Positions 11,395-24,189 of a DNA stretch of 64,000 nt are shown here, piece after piece. Under the pieces are notes generated by a model. The model was not told the origin of the DNA. It did not search any database and was given only the letters and a program-made list of their open reading frames with translations. The stretch is from the NCBI RefSeq assembly GCF_001194135.2, contig NC_068981.1:149866652-149930651 (forward strand), written 5' to 3'. Every line of letters starts with the position of its first letter. Within the stretch, counting starts at the first letter, position 1. The position numbers were made by a program, and so were the translations under genes. The stretch comes from Octopus bimaculoides (taxonomy: Eukaryota).

Positions 11395-11692
11395 GAAGGC
11401 GCATGGCTTCGTAGTTGGGGTATGCAGATCACGATCGTGAGTTCAATTCCCGGCTGCGCGTTGTGTACTTGAGAAAAACACTTTATTTCAAGTTGCTCTC
11501 ATCTAGTCAGCTGGAAAATATGAGCAGTACATGTATTTCAAAGGGCAGGCTTTCTCACCTTCTATGTCATGCTGAATCTTCCTTAGCGTACGCGTCTGTG
11601 GATCGTCCAGCCACTTACACATTAATTTCACAAGCAGGCTCTTCTGTTAATCGGATCAACTGCAACTCTCGCTGTCGTAACCGACGGAATAT
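11395..11692 (+). mobile_element. tRNA-derived SINE (OR-like; 3' half shared with 3850-4228)
   Basis: GAAGGCGCATGGCTT..GAGTTCAATTCCC head; tail CAGCCACTTACACATTAATTTCACAAGCAGG..ATCGGATCAACTG..GTCGTAACCGACGG. Confidence 0.75.
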
Positions 11693-11825
11693 TAGGAATA
11701 ACACTTAACTATATTAAATCAAAATAATTCACTATGATATATAATACGATTTAAAAATTCATACTTAATATAACGAACTATCACACATTAAAATATTATC
11801 CTAATAAACTTCTGATTTGATTATT

Positions 11826-12029
11826 CTAAGACATATAAACAATATCTGATTTTCCTATTCTAAAACATATAAACACAATATCTGATTTGTCTATTCTAAG
11901 ACATATAAACACAATATCTGATTTGTCTATTCTAAGACATATAAACACAATATCTGATTTGTCTAATCTAAGACATATAAACACAATATCTGATTTGTCT
12001 GTTCCAAGACATATAAACACAATATCTGC
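11826..12029. repeat. 36-bp minisatellite, about 5.7 copies
   Basis: Unit CTAAGACATATAAACACAATATCTGATTTGTCTATT, starting at 11826 (34 bp), 11860, 11896, 11932, 11968 and 12004 (partial). No spacers. Confidence 0.95.
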
Positions 12030-12299
12030 TATTATCAAATGTAATTGGATTCTTTTTTTTTTTTCTATGACAAAATAGTGAAATGTATCGGCTTCCCCAA
12101 TAAATTTTACTTTCACTAACAATAAGTTAAATATAATTCATTTTGTCAATTATAGGTGCCTACAAAATACCTTATGAAATCAACCACTGTAATGACTATT
12201 ATTAAGTATTTTAGAAACAATTTATGAAAGAAACAGTAGAATAGAAAAATTACAAAAAGAGTTTTTGGTTTTGATCTGCTTTCTCATATAGCGACCGGA

Positions 12300-12800
12300 T
12301 ATCAGAGAGCTATTAATATCCGATTAATCAGGAATTTTCTTGTCTGGACGAAGAAACGTTCTTTGTTGGTATTGCATTTCTACTGGCTCCAGGGAAAGAT
12401 GGTGGTTTGAATTACTAATATTAAATATCCTAAGTTTATTTGAAATCCATTACAGATACAATTTTTTTAAAGGTATATTTTCTTTTAATCCACTCCAGAT
12501 AGTATGTTATTTTTTTAATCCTGTCAAATTTTCAAAACAGACTCCTGTCTGGAAAGAAAATTTGATTTATGGTTTAATAAATTGTCTAGTAATTAATGTC
12601 GCTTTACAGCTCAGTTATAGATTAGTCGACTTTTTTTGTGAATACGTAAAGAAGGGTAAAACAATTTTATTTGGTTATTTAAAGGGTAACATAGAACATT
12701 TAGAATGTAAATGGAATTGCTTATACCAGTGATTTTTGTTCCTTGGAACTGGATAATAAAATGTCTTATATTCAAGCGCCCTTGACAGACTCGTTTCACC
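12300..12800 (-). mobile_element. Very old CR1/L2-group LINE RT C-terminal remnant
   Basis: Minus frame LITRQFIKP*IKF..TGVCFENLTGLKK*..KKLYL*WISNKLRIFN loosely matches the Y...I.P.L.Y...W...L...Q region. Confidence 0.3.
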
Positions 12801-14169
12801 GCCTCTCTTAATTCACATTACAGAACTCATACGAATCACTAGCCCGTCTAAATCCACAAATTTCTAGAATCTCATTCCTCTAGAAATTTCTCTTCGCTTC
12901 TTATTTTTTTTTCTTCCAGCTCTAGACATGTAGCTTATTAGCAGGAACATTAACCGTGATAAATACACCGGTCTCGATGGGATAACGAAAGCCATAAGCA
13001 CAATGTCTTTTTCCAGGCCAAGCTAATTAAAACACAAAGTTGATAACTGGTCTACTCGATGAGACCTCTAACTAACGAGACCATTGTTCAACAAATGTGA
13101 TATGAATTAAGATTATCTTGCTATGAAGATTCTGCAGAGTTAGCAGTAATTCTCTTGGCTGTTAACCAAATGTCACTGATGATATATGTAGGAGGAAAAC
13201 TTGCAGAGTGAGCATTGTATGAAAGAATTAATTCATGATTTTGCCTGAAGTATAAAAACAGACACCAAAAGTTCCAGATTATATATGAGACTATTATAAA
13301 AATAAAATTTGTTTTATTTAGTTTTCGAAAGATAGATTAACACTTTGAATAATACGTAGCGTTTAATTTCATACACCTCCATACTGTACTTGGACATTCA
13401 TACCCACTTTCGAATGTAAAAGTGAAATATAATGAGTTTTCATTTTTAATGCATGTAAGTAGACTAAAATTGTTCGATAAATCAATAATAATTTTCTTAC
13501 TCATTTAAGAGTTTTATCAAGGAAATGAGCAAAAGTATCAATTATTTTTTATTGCAAAAGTAAGACTGCATATTTCTTATATTCATGGAATGGAAATTAA
13601 ATTATATGGAAATTGAATTATAAATTACTGAAGAGTTATGTTAGACTGAATTTAAAGTCAAATGTATATGCAAAATAATCACTGGTAAAGATATAAAAAG
13701 AATATAAAAGCGGATTACAATCTGAGAGACACAGAAATATTAGCCTGAAATGAGGTCCAGGAAGTTAGTATGTTCGCTTCAACTCTGCCTAGACATTGTT
13801 GAATCACATAACACTTGTAATTTGAATTAATTTTGTAGAGTAAAAATCTATTATAAGAGGGGTATTTAAAATGTGCTAGGATTATTTAATCATACCTCAC
13901 CTACAGTCTTTGTATATCTATATACATACATACATACGGAACGCATATCATCTCTCAGTGAATGATTATGTCAGTAGATGCGCTCAGTTGCCGTATGTTT
14001 AATAAGACAAGTAAGTCATGGGTTGGTTAATAAGGGTATTTAAATGTCCATAATTCAGTCAAGACAACGCTGTACCACCTCACTAAATATGATTGTTTGT
14101 GTTCAATTTGAGATACACAGTCTCAAAATTTCTAGTTAGGAATATCGATATGTGAATATATGCGAGTGT

Positions 14170-14224
<55 letters not shown>

Positions 14225-15284
14225 GGTCATCGCATGTATAGCTATTTCATAATAAAGGATCATTAAAATTTCCTTCAACTCGTAACCAGTTATGATCTTT
14301 ATATAACTTAAACCATATCAAACTTAAATGACCTTTCTCAAGGCTGCCTCATTTGATTGTACGCAAGCAAAAGGAATACATTCGCGCACACACATGCGTG
14401 CACAGAGAAAAGTTCCAGCAAAAGTGGAGCCCTTATTGAGCAAGGAGTGTTTGTTTTATATATGGCTTTGACTTGATGGAGGAGACCGATGACCCAAGGC
14501 TCCCCGATCCTGACCAAACTCTATATAGGATTACATATTCCAATTTTTATTTTTTACGACAGTAGGGTGTGCTATGAGAGATACTCTAGCTATTGTTAGC
14601 ATGCAAATTATTTCTACTACAAAGTCTTTAAATCATTTTCTCATCTTATCGCGATACATATTTACCTAGTCTGTTTATTTGGAAAACGTTCCATTTTTAT
14701 GGGGCTATCCCATTTGTATATCACTTTGTGCTACGTATAGGAGTTCTGTATAATTGAAAGTGTATTAACAACTTGCACTATTAAGTTTAAATCTCCATGT
14801 GTTAATAGCATGAGAAAAGATGATTTCTACGTACTAAAGACTCTCTTAAATACATTTCCAGAAGGCAAACACATGAAGCAGTGTCTCAATAGACTATCAG
14901 ATGGTGGGTCTCATACAAAATTATCCTATTTATTATTCTTATAATCTTATACTATACTACAAGTCTGGAGAGGCGTATTCGTAGGTGCCGAAAGAAAACA
15001 ATTTAGTAAAATAACCTGTCTGTTGAATAATGATATATATTGATGTTATGTTTCTAACCATAAATATATACGTGAAAAATGATTTGCTGTATGGCTTTAA
15101 GATTCTCACAGAGATGGAAAGATAACGAAGAAAATGAGTGATGCGCTAAAATTCGATATATTTGTACGTGTGTGTCTCCGTGTGTGTATTATGTGTGTGC
15201 GTGCTTATGCCGAGTTATAATAAATACAATTTTACTGTAACATGAATGACGACCCAATAATTTTGTAAAGTTAATTTCTACTAC

Positions 15285-15394
15285 TACTACTACTACTACT
15301 ACTACCAAAGCCACCACCACCACCACCACCAGCATCACCACCACCAGCATCACTACTATTACTTCTACTACTATCACTAGTACTACTACTACTA
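15285..15394. repeat. Compound (ACT)n/(ACC)n trinucleotide repeat
   Basis: Visible interrupted triplet runs. Confidence 0.9.
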
Positions 15395-15582
15395 CGAAAT
15401 ATCGTTCACTAGATAACAATGGCACTCTTCTTTTAATTTTGACTCTATATCTTCAGGAGGAGTTACCTCAATCATTTCTATATTAACCAAAATGAAGTAG
15501 ATTGAAAAATTTATTTTTTGAACCTGTGGAAGACACACAAGATGTCGAAATATCGTTCACTAGATAACAATAGCATTCTTGT
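15395..15582 (+). mobile_element. Partial-tandem 151-bp unit carrying a hammerhead motif (Penelope pLTR or retrozyme-like)
   Basis: CGAAATATCGTTCACTAGATAACAAT recurs at 15395 and 15546. The second copy completes a hammerhead; the first starts inside it. Confidence 0.6.
15519..15559 (+). ncRNA. Ultra-minimal hammerhead motif with A6T core mutation
   Basis: TGAAC / CTGTGGA / A / GACA-CACAAGA-TGTC / GAAA / TA / TC / GTTCA. Helix I has 5 bp and helix II has 4 bp; helix III is reduced to the ATAT palindrome. Confidence 0.65.
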
Positions 15583-18474
15583 TAAATTATAAATCATAAT
15601 TCAAAGTCTAAATTTAAAGAGGTCAGTGAAATATATTTAATACCTTAACTTATCTATCATCCCATCTCGACGAAAACCAACATATTCATATATATTCTAT
15701 GAATTATTCTAATATTTGTCCGATCTTTTTGTCAAGAAACTTGAAGCTTATTTTCTAAAATTATCTCACCAAATTATATACCACTTAGACATGCTATACC
15801 CTCCCCACACTAGCTTTTAACCTCTGTTAACCTACCTTTAAACTATTTTACACCAACCGTATATTAGTTACCGCTAAACATCAGCCTCTCTGCAACTAGC
15901 TGCTCGTTAATTCGTTAACCTGCTGTCCCGTTGTCGAAAATCGTCCATAGCACAGACTATTTTCACTACCACATACCCACATTTACATATTTTTCCTATC
16001 CGCCTATATATTTCTGCTTAACTGTTTATCGTACTCACTGTTTTACTTTTCAAATTTTTGCATTACAACTCTAACGTTATCTGGTCTCTCAATATATATC
16101 GCTGTCATCACTATCTCTCGCTTCTAAACTTTCCCAGAATTTCCAATAATTAGAACCAAATTTCAGCGAAATATTTCGTGTATTACGTTTCTCGTTCTAT
16201 TGCAGTGGCAATAATATGTTTAGGAATACTAAAGTGCCACTTACCAGGGTAAAGCAATGCGTAAGTCCATCGAGACAACTAGTACTGCATATGATTCAAA
16301 ACCACCACCGCTCTGAACTTCATTTCTGGATACTAGACATAAACACACCATTTAACACTCCTTTTTGACTTTTCAGTAATTTTAGTGTTCTTTACTCTCG
16401 AGCAAACAATTAGATCAAGAGATTGTAACAGTATTTTTGTTTTTATATCACTCATATTTGTCAGAGTGTAGTTCTTGGAAATATTTCTTAACTGAAACCT
16501 GTTACTGTATAAATTAGTGCCCACGATATGTCAGTAAAACTTTGGCTGCTGTTCAGTTATTTTAAATGAAAAAAATTCTAAATTATGGTCTCCTCCCATT
16601 GTACGAAAAATATGAGACGAAGAATCTCGAACTAATTAGTATTTGATCTTGGTTAAATGTGAAAGCAACATTGGTTTCGTCCCAGCAAACGCTACTACCC
16701 CTGATAGTGTCACGTCAATCATCCGTAAATGTGCTGTAGAGCTGATCCTGTATTTAAATGTTGTTACGCTATCTCACATCCTAAAGAAAAGCTGTCTCTT
16801 TGATCAGACCCTCATACAGCCTATACTTTGAGGGTAAGCTGTTTATGTTTAACACATGGTTGGAATTCGGTTAAAACGATAACATCTGGTAAAAAGAAAA
16901 AAAAACCCACCTAACAAAATGAACAGCACCATCATATCTTTCAGGAATTATTATTATGTCAACCGAGTCAAGCACAAAACCATATATTATTTTAAAATAC
17001 AGCTGGAAGTGTACACCACCCAGTCTCGACGATTTGTATCTTAGCCGGTTTAAAATACTCTTATCGGACACTCTCAACTTTCCCTTCCCCTCTGTCTCTC
17101 TGTCTGTTTGTCTGTCTCTCTCTCGTTATGTGTGCNNNNNNNNNNNNNNNNNNNNNNNNNNNNNNNNNNNNNNNNNNNNNNNNNNNNNNNNNNNNNNNNN
17201 NNNNNNNNNNNNNNNNNNNNNNNNNNNNNNNNNNNNNNNNNNNNNNNNNNNNNNNNNNNNNNNNNNNNNNNNNNNNNNNNNNNNNNNNNNNNNNNNNNNN
17301 NNNNNNNNNNNNNNNNNNNNNNNNNNNNNNNNNNNNNNNNNNNNNNNNNNNNNNNNNNNNNNNNNNNNNNNNNNNNNNNNNNNNNNNNNNNNNNNNNNNN
17401 NNNNNNNNNNNNNNNNNNNNNNNNNNNNNNNNNNNNNNNNNNNNNNNNNNNNNNNNNNNNNNNTATATATATATATATATATTTTGCTGTGAGTTTTCTC
17501 CAAATATTTAACGTGACTCTCTAAGTCTGTCATACATAGTTGGTGATGCGTTTGTGTTGATTGAACAGAAGAATCTAAAATACCAACTTCTCATTGCTGA
17601 CCGCCATAGATTCTGTCTTGACGAATCTTCCATTATGAGACATAATATTTGTAGCGCACTTTCTTAGCACAAGCAAGGGCATTTTCCTGTTTACTTTTAA
17701 AAGAAATGGCCAAAAGCCCATCACAAGACTAACAGGCTAGCTATAATGTAATTCTACTACCAAAGACACCGGCTCCTCTAATCTCTTTATTTCGGGAAAT
17801 GTTTTATTACTAACATTAAATGATGGCAATTTAATGAGTTTTCGTTTGAGATAAATCCATCATTTATTAATTATATATACCTATGAAATCACGATTAATA
17901 TTTCACTACACATGTTACTGTAATCTCTTCTAACGTGTACGCTACTCATTCAACATTTTGTAGCTGGTTCCCTCTTCAGTGGTTCCCAGCGTGCTAAACA
18001 CGCAAGTCACGCGTACGTATTCTCTCTCAAACAACCATGTGTGTGTGTGTCTGTGTGCGCGTGTGCGCGCGTGTGTATGTATGTGTGTACGCGGCATAAT
18101 AATTATCCTTAATATCACCTGCAATTTATCATTTTTTTCGTTGGTGTTTTATATATGCAATCAATACTGTCCTTATTTTCCTCACTACTTTTGCTAACTT
18201 CCTTTTCAGAACAGTTTCAAATATTTTACTACTGGTGCAGTTAGACCATCGATAACTATTAAATTAATAAAAACAAAAACATTAACTCTATAATAATGTA
18301 AAAAATATTAAAATAAAAAATATATATAAAAATAAAAAATCCAAGTAAAATGTATACAGGGTAAAAAGCTTTTTACCCTTCTATACTCTATTAGCTCTTT
18401 TGTCTTAATGACGGTCACCACACAGTAATCTCCCTTTGTTTAACGGTCTTTTTCACACGAATTTTCAATGGCCG

Positions 18475-18535
18475 GATAACTGAAGAGATGTTGGCGTGGG
18501 CTCCCACCCCGGCATCCGAAACTCGGAGTTTTATC
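18475..18535 (+). ncRNA. Type I hammerhead motif with long helix II and a 1-nt lesion
   Basis: GATAA / CTGAAGA / GATGTTGG-C-GTGG-GCTC-CCAC-C-CCGGCATC / extra C / GAAA / CTCGGAG / TT / TTATC. Confidence 0.7.
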
Positions 18536-21500
18536 ATGGCTACCGAATAAGTGTCACATATTGTTACAGATAAATTTTCCTATTTACATAATATCGAGGT
18601 CGCATTCTTTCTTTTGTTGTCCTTCCTATCAATATATATATATATNNNNNNNNNNNNNNNNNNNNNNNNNNNNNNNNNNNNNNNNNNNNNNNNNNNNNNN
18701 NNNNNNNNNNNNNNNNNNNNNNNNNNNNNNNNNNNNNNNNNNNNNNNNNNNNNNNNNNNNNNNNNNNNNNNNNNNNNNNNNNNNNNNNNNNNNNNNNNNN
18801 NNNNNNNNNNNNNNNNNNNNNNNNNNNNNNNNNNNNNNNNNNNNNNNNNNNNNNNNNNNNNNNNNNNNNNNNNNNNNNNNNNNNNNNNNNNNNNNNNNNN
18901 NNNNNNNNNNNNNNNNNNNNNNNNNNNNNNNNNNNNNNNNNNNNNNNNNNNNNNNNNNNNNNNNNNNNNNNNNNNNNNNNNNNNNNNNNNNNNNNNNNNN
19001 NNNNNNNNNNNNNNNNNNNNNNNNNNNNNNNNNNNNNNNNNNNNNNNNNNNNNNNNNNNNNNNNNNNNNNNNNNNNNNNNNNNNNNNNNNNNNNNNNNNN
19101 NNNNNNNNNNNNNNNNNNNNNNNNNNNNNNNNNNNNNNNNNNNNNNNNNNNNNNNNNNNNNNNNNNNNNNNNNNNNNNNNNNNNNNNNNNNNNNNNNNNN
19201 NNNNNNNNNNNNNNNNNNNNNNNNNNNNNNNNNNNNNNNNNNNNNNNNNNNNNNNNNNNNNNNNNNNNNNNNNNNNNNNNNNNNNNNNNNNNNNNNNNNN
19301 NNNNNNNNNNNNNNNNNNNNNNNNNNNNNNNNNNNNNNNNNNNNNNNNNNNNNNNNNNNNNNNNNNNNNNNNNNNNNNNNNNNNNNNNNNNNNNNNNNNN
19401 NNNNNNNNNNNNNNNNNNNNNNNNNNNNNNNNNNNNNNNNNNNNNNNNNNNNNNNNNNNNNNNNNNNNNNNNNNNNNNNNNNNNNNNNNNNNNNNNNNNN
19501 NNNNNNNATATATATATACACATATATATATTTATTTATTTACTTTAAGAAGTGACGGAACTATTGTAATATATTGTTACCTTGTACATAATGAATGACA
19601 TAGATAAATCATGAAGTTGAGATAAATAGATAGTACCACATTCCATGGTTATTATATTTTATATCATTATTTTCGTTTCTGAAGTGGAATCTTACTGTCA
19701 TTAGCGTTGTTTTTTTCTATCCACTTTTGGTGAAATAGGTATGAAGCAACACCCGGTCATCTGACTATTATATATCAGAACTAAAACGATACGGATCGAA
19801 CATTTACGTGGGAATGAGAAGGAAAGAAATTAGTATGCATAAAAACCATCTGAAAAAATTTTCCCGTCGTCCTGACGGGATCACTAAACCTATAGAAAGA
19901 CACTACAAGATAGATAACTGCGCATAACTGAATTTGTGTTAAAAAATTTAGCGCAAAAGCAAAGTTCAATGATGTTGTACGTGGTAAAGACCAAAACCAA
20001 TGTAGTTCTCAAAACTCTCAACAAATGAGAACTAGGCTATCCGGTTATCATTTGCTGAAAATGAAAGCAGCAGATTTACGCTCATTGGGACGATAGAAGA
20101 TAATGCTCTAAGAACGCATCCTATCATGAAGAAAGGGCTAGAATATATAACAAAGACGTTGTTCCTTTCTCTCTAATTGTAACCAGCGCGATTTCGTTTG
20201 TTTGACAAACCGGTAACATATCAGCACAATCTATGAGCTTGAAATATTTGTACTATTTGGAACAGTGAAAATAACTCAGACTTAAAAGAATATTTATTGG
20301 TAAAAAGTTTTCGCAGTATAAAGCTTAGCATTGCAGGTCTGAATGAAACTCGTTAGCAAAACATCCTAAAATAGGAGGTGGGCGCGCTTTTCTTTTTTAT
20401 GAATGCAGAAGCTAGATTTGGTTAGGAAGCTATAAATGGCATTCTCAATCACTAAAGGAAGAAACAATGGAGTGCGTTTCAGATGCGTCAGTGAGTAGCA
20501 CTCCACAGTAAATATAAATGTAACAATATTCAGATATTGCGTGCAAACATTTACAAAACTGGAAGATAGTAAAAACAAGTAAATTTTCGAAAATTGTATC
20601 TCCTCATTTGAAATTTTCCCCTGAATGTGGCACTTTGCCTATCTTCGGAGATTTTAATCGATGAATTGGTATGAATTAAATCGGAAGAGTGTTAGAGAAA
20701 GGTTGGAAAAATGTATCACCAAGAAAATTATACATTAAAGAACCCCTACTTGTGAACGCGTGTGTTTTATACTCCGTTTGCTCTTTGTTAGTGAACCAGA
20801 CCTATTTGAAATAAATCGTGGATGAACTAATTGATACTTCATTGAGATCATCACTGAGAAAGTATATTAATGTTCCCAGAATAAAAAAACATCAAATTAG
20901 GGTACGGATAGAAAACATTTCTGTGGAATGTTTTAAAGCTAAAACAATTTTTTTTTTAATCCTTAGTAAAATAACCGTATCCTTTAAAAAAATATATTGA
21001 AAGAGTAAAAGGCAATTAATTTTCATGAAGCTTTAGGTCGATAAGGATTGGAATGTATTCAGATATGAATTTTATTAACCGGCCTTCAACTAATTTGATA
21101 AAAGCATGATAAACATTTGGATTAATTTGGTGTGAACTATGGAAAGATAAAAGCTACTTTAGACAAAACAATAGAAATATTCGAACAAAACTATCTGTAT
21201 TCAAAATCGAAGACATATAATTAACTGTTTAGTTCATTCGAAACTTTGAAACATGCAGATCAGATGGGTCAGTGAAAAAATTGAAAAATACAGGAATATT
21301 TATACAGAGAAAATAGTTATCAGGATTTTTTAAAAGAATTTACTTAAGTTTTCGATGGGGGGCAAACTGAGAGAAATCAAACGCATACGACACACCGCCG
21401 CTTCAATTGCAGTAATTAGTCCAAGTGAAAGCCAATGATCATTTTTAGACTTCTCAAACTACTTTCTTTGAAGAGATATTTGTCCCGAATTGGAGCAAGA

Positions 21501-23145
21501 TGAATATAAAATCATGTCCCATAGGATAGGAAAACCTCTCGAGGCGCTTTCTACTTGTGTAAGATTCAGAAGCTAGATTTCTTTCCGCGAAGAAAATGTA
21601 CGTAATGTCAAATGCTTTTTGTAAATAATATGTTCTATGCCATGTTCAAATGAACGCGACTGAGTGAATTTCACTAAAGCTGCTCAAATGCTAGTGAATG
21701 AGATATAGTGCAAAACCATTTGTTGTTCGTCGATTGTAATTCACAATATCCAGGGCTCCTAAACGGATTCGCCTTTTCTTCCTATTATGGTTTTTTTTAG
21801 AATGAGAAGAGTAGATAACATAATAATTATTCACAATTAAGGATACAAAAAATGATATACATAAATAAGAAAATTAGTAAAATATAATTGAATTAGAGGG
21901 AGAAAGGATAATAAGCTAATAGAAACGAGGAAAAAACATTTTTTAAATAAATGAACACAAATATTATTGTAAGTGTAATTTAGAATTCACATGAAAAGAA
22001 ACGAAATGCTGGAATGACAGTGAAATTCAGCAAAATCAGGATAATAAGGTAGAGGTAGACGGGTTATTAACATGCAATTTTAGTCTGGCTTAAGGAATAA
22101 ATATTAAGAGCATATATTAAGGGATCAATAATCTAGAAACGATTAGCGTGAAAATCAATCTAGAATATAATTTGAAGAAGTTATATATGATGGCTGTGTG
22201 TGTAGGGAGGGGAATTAATTGAAGTGGTAGTTGAAGTCATGACGTTTAGGGTAAATATGAAGGAAAATAAAATGAAATGATAAAAATTTTATGACGAGGT
22301 TCTGAAGAAAAAGAAAATACGATTGAAGACATTTTAATCCAGAAGTATGAGAATATTTTATCATTGTTCTTAAACTTTATTTCATGTAGCAGTAGTCTGG
22401 CAGAATTCATAGTTCATCGAAGTAGATTTCTTGTGGCATTTAATTATGTTTCTTTATGATCTAAATTCAAATTTCACCATTGTCAACTTTGCCGTTCCTC
22501 TTTTATGGTTCGGTAAATTTGAGTACCAGTAAAATACTGAGGATGATTAATTGATCAATCTCCACTCCCTTGAAATCCATGGTCCTGAACCAATACTAGA
22601 AGCAATTATATATTCTAAACATTTTTACAGCTTTTGGTTAAATATCAAGAAATGGGCCATTATCCGGATGATTACATTTATCAGGTTGAGTATAGCAGGA
22701 AAGTATCTTTCATTAAGGGCAGAACTAATATATCGTAAAGTGATTTATTCAAAGAGAACCGTGACTCTGATATTTCAACGACGTCCACTGATATACAGCC
22801 AGTGTCTCCTGCTAACTAGCAAATTCTACTCTCAAGATCAATGTGAATATAGAGAAGACAATATCCCAAGGTGCGACGCAGTCGGTTCGCACACAAAAAT
22901 TCTCGTACAAATGCAAGCTTTTGAGCTGTAGAAGCAAAAGAGAAAAACAAATAATGTAGCTCAATGATTTATAGACAATTGATTATCCATTTTCATTCAT
23001 AGCATAATTCTTACAATTATACAACTTTATCTAACCTTTTGTGTGTTAGCGTGGGGGAGGGGCGTATATATGTGTGTGTGAGCGTGTATGTGTGTTTGTG
23101 TCTGTGTGTGCACGTGTGGATTGATATAAATGTACTCACACTCAC

Positions 23146-23146
<1 letters not shown>

Positions 23147-23191
<45 letters not shown>
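23147..23191. repeat. (TTA)n microsatellite
   Basis: About 15 units. Confidence 0.95.
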
Positions 23192-23344
23192 TTTATAATT
23201 TTTTCTTCTTTCTTCAAATTTTCTTCCATTTCTCGCCGAGTATCTTCTGTACACCTAAGGCAGAGAAACTCGTTGTATGCATTCCTAGTTAACACAGGCA
23301 AATTCACAGGTAAGATATGTATGTAACAAAAAATTAATTAATAA

Positions 23345-23950
23345 ATAAATTCATGAGTGGATGTTGTTTTCACAGCGATAATGCTCTTCTCAGTACATGA
23401 GTCGTTTCAGTTAACACGATGTTTTGCACTTCCTGTAGGGATGGTAAGCCTGGTATCATTTTCAAATAGGTTTCAGTACCTTTTTTTATCAGTCCTAGAG
23501 ATCCTACACTCACTGGTATAGTAGTCGCCTTGAGATGCCACATTTTTTCAATTTCAATTAGCAAGTCTTTATATTTACTGATCTTGTCAAATACTTTCGC
23601 CGCTATATTATGATCAGAGGGAATACTCATGTCAATTAATAAACACGTCTTCTTTGTCTGATCTTTTATAATAATATTCGGTTTATTAACTTTTATAGGT
23701 TTGTCGGGGAACTCCCAGAGAATCGATTCATTTTCTCCCTCAGTCACAGCTTCAGGATGGTGTTTATACCATTTGTCAGCAAAGTGGTATGCTGTCAAAG
23801 GCTTTTTTTATAATCAATCAATCCATGAAGAGCTGAGATTTCTGCGCTTGCTATGGCAGTTCTCAAGGATCATGCGATTAATGAGGAGCTGATCTTTGCA
23901 TCCGTATGAGCCTCGTCTGCATCCTTTTTGTTCAGTGGGAATATTATTAA
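23345..23950 (-). mobile_element. R4/Dong-like LINE fragment: RT N-terminal motifs fused directly to the RLE domain (internal deletion)
   Basis: EQKGCRRGSYGCKDQLLIN..ILENC..RNLS.SWID(YKKAFDSIPH), then ADKWYKHHPE..ILWEF..KVNKPNIII..LIDMSIPSD..KISKYKDLLIEIEKMW..TTIPVSVGSLGLI..VLRRALSL*. Confidence 0.88.
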
Positions 23951-24175
23951 GGCCGTGAGCTGGAAGAATCGTTAGTACGCCGGACAAAATGTTTAGCAGC
24001 ATTCCGTCCGAATTTAAGTTATGATTTCCAATTCGCTCGAGATCGATTTTGCCTTTCATCCTTTCGGGGTTGATAAATTAAGTACCAATGAAGTTCTGGG
24101 ATAGATGTGATCGACTATGACCCTCTCATAAAATTTCTGGCCCTGTGCCTATAGCAGAAAGGATTATCATTATTA
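23951..24175 (+). mobile_element. tRNA-derived SINE with Meta-domain-like core and (ATT)n tail
   Basis: GGCCGTGAGCTGGAAGAATCGTTAG head; GCCTTTCATCCTTTCGGGGTTGATAAATTAAGTACC core; TGTGCCTATAGCAGAAAGGATTATCATTATT end. Confidence 0.85.
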
Positions 24176-24189
24176 TTATTGTTATTTGG

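Noticed and set aside
11826-12029. 36-bp repeats suggestive of a CRISPR array
   Set aside because: Units are contiguous with no unique spacers, there are no cas genes, and the context is eukaryotic.
20700-21600. Possible decayed Tc1/mariner-like coding sequence
   Set aside because: Only one loose motif (FET..GSV); insufficient for a call.
23259-23310. Strong CAG|GTAAGA donor at about 23311
   Set aside because: The acceptor is ambiguous and the peptide unrecognisable; isolated splice-like motifs are common.
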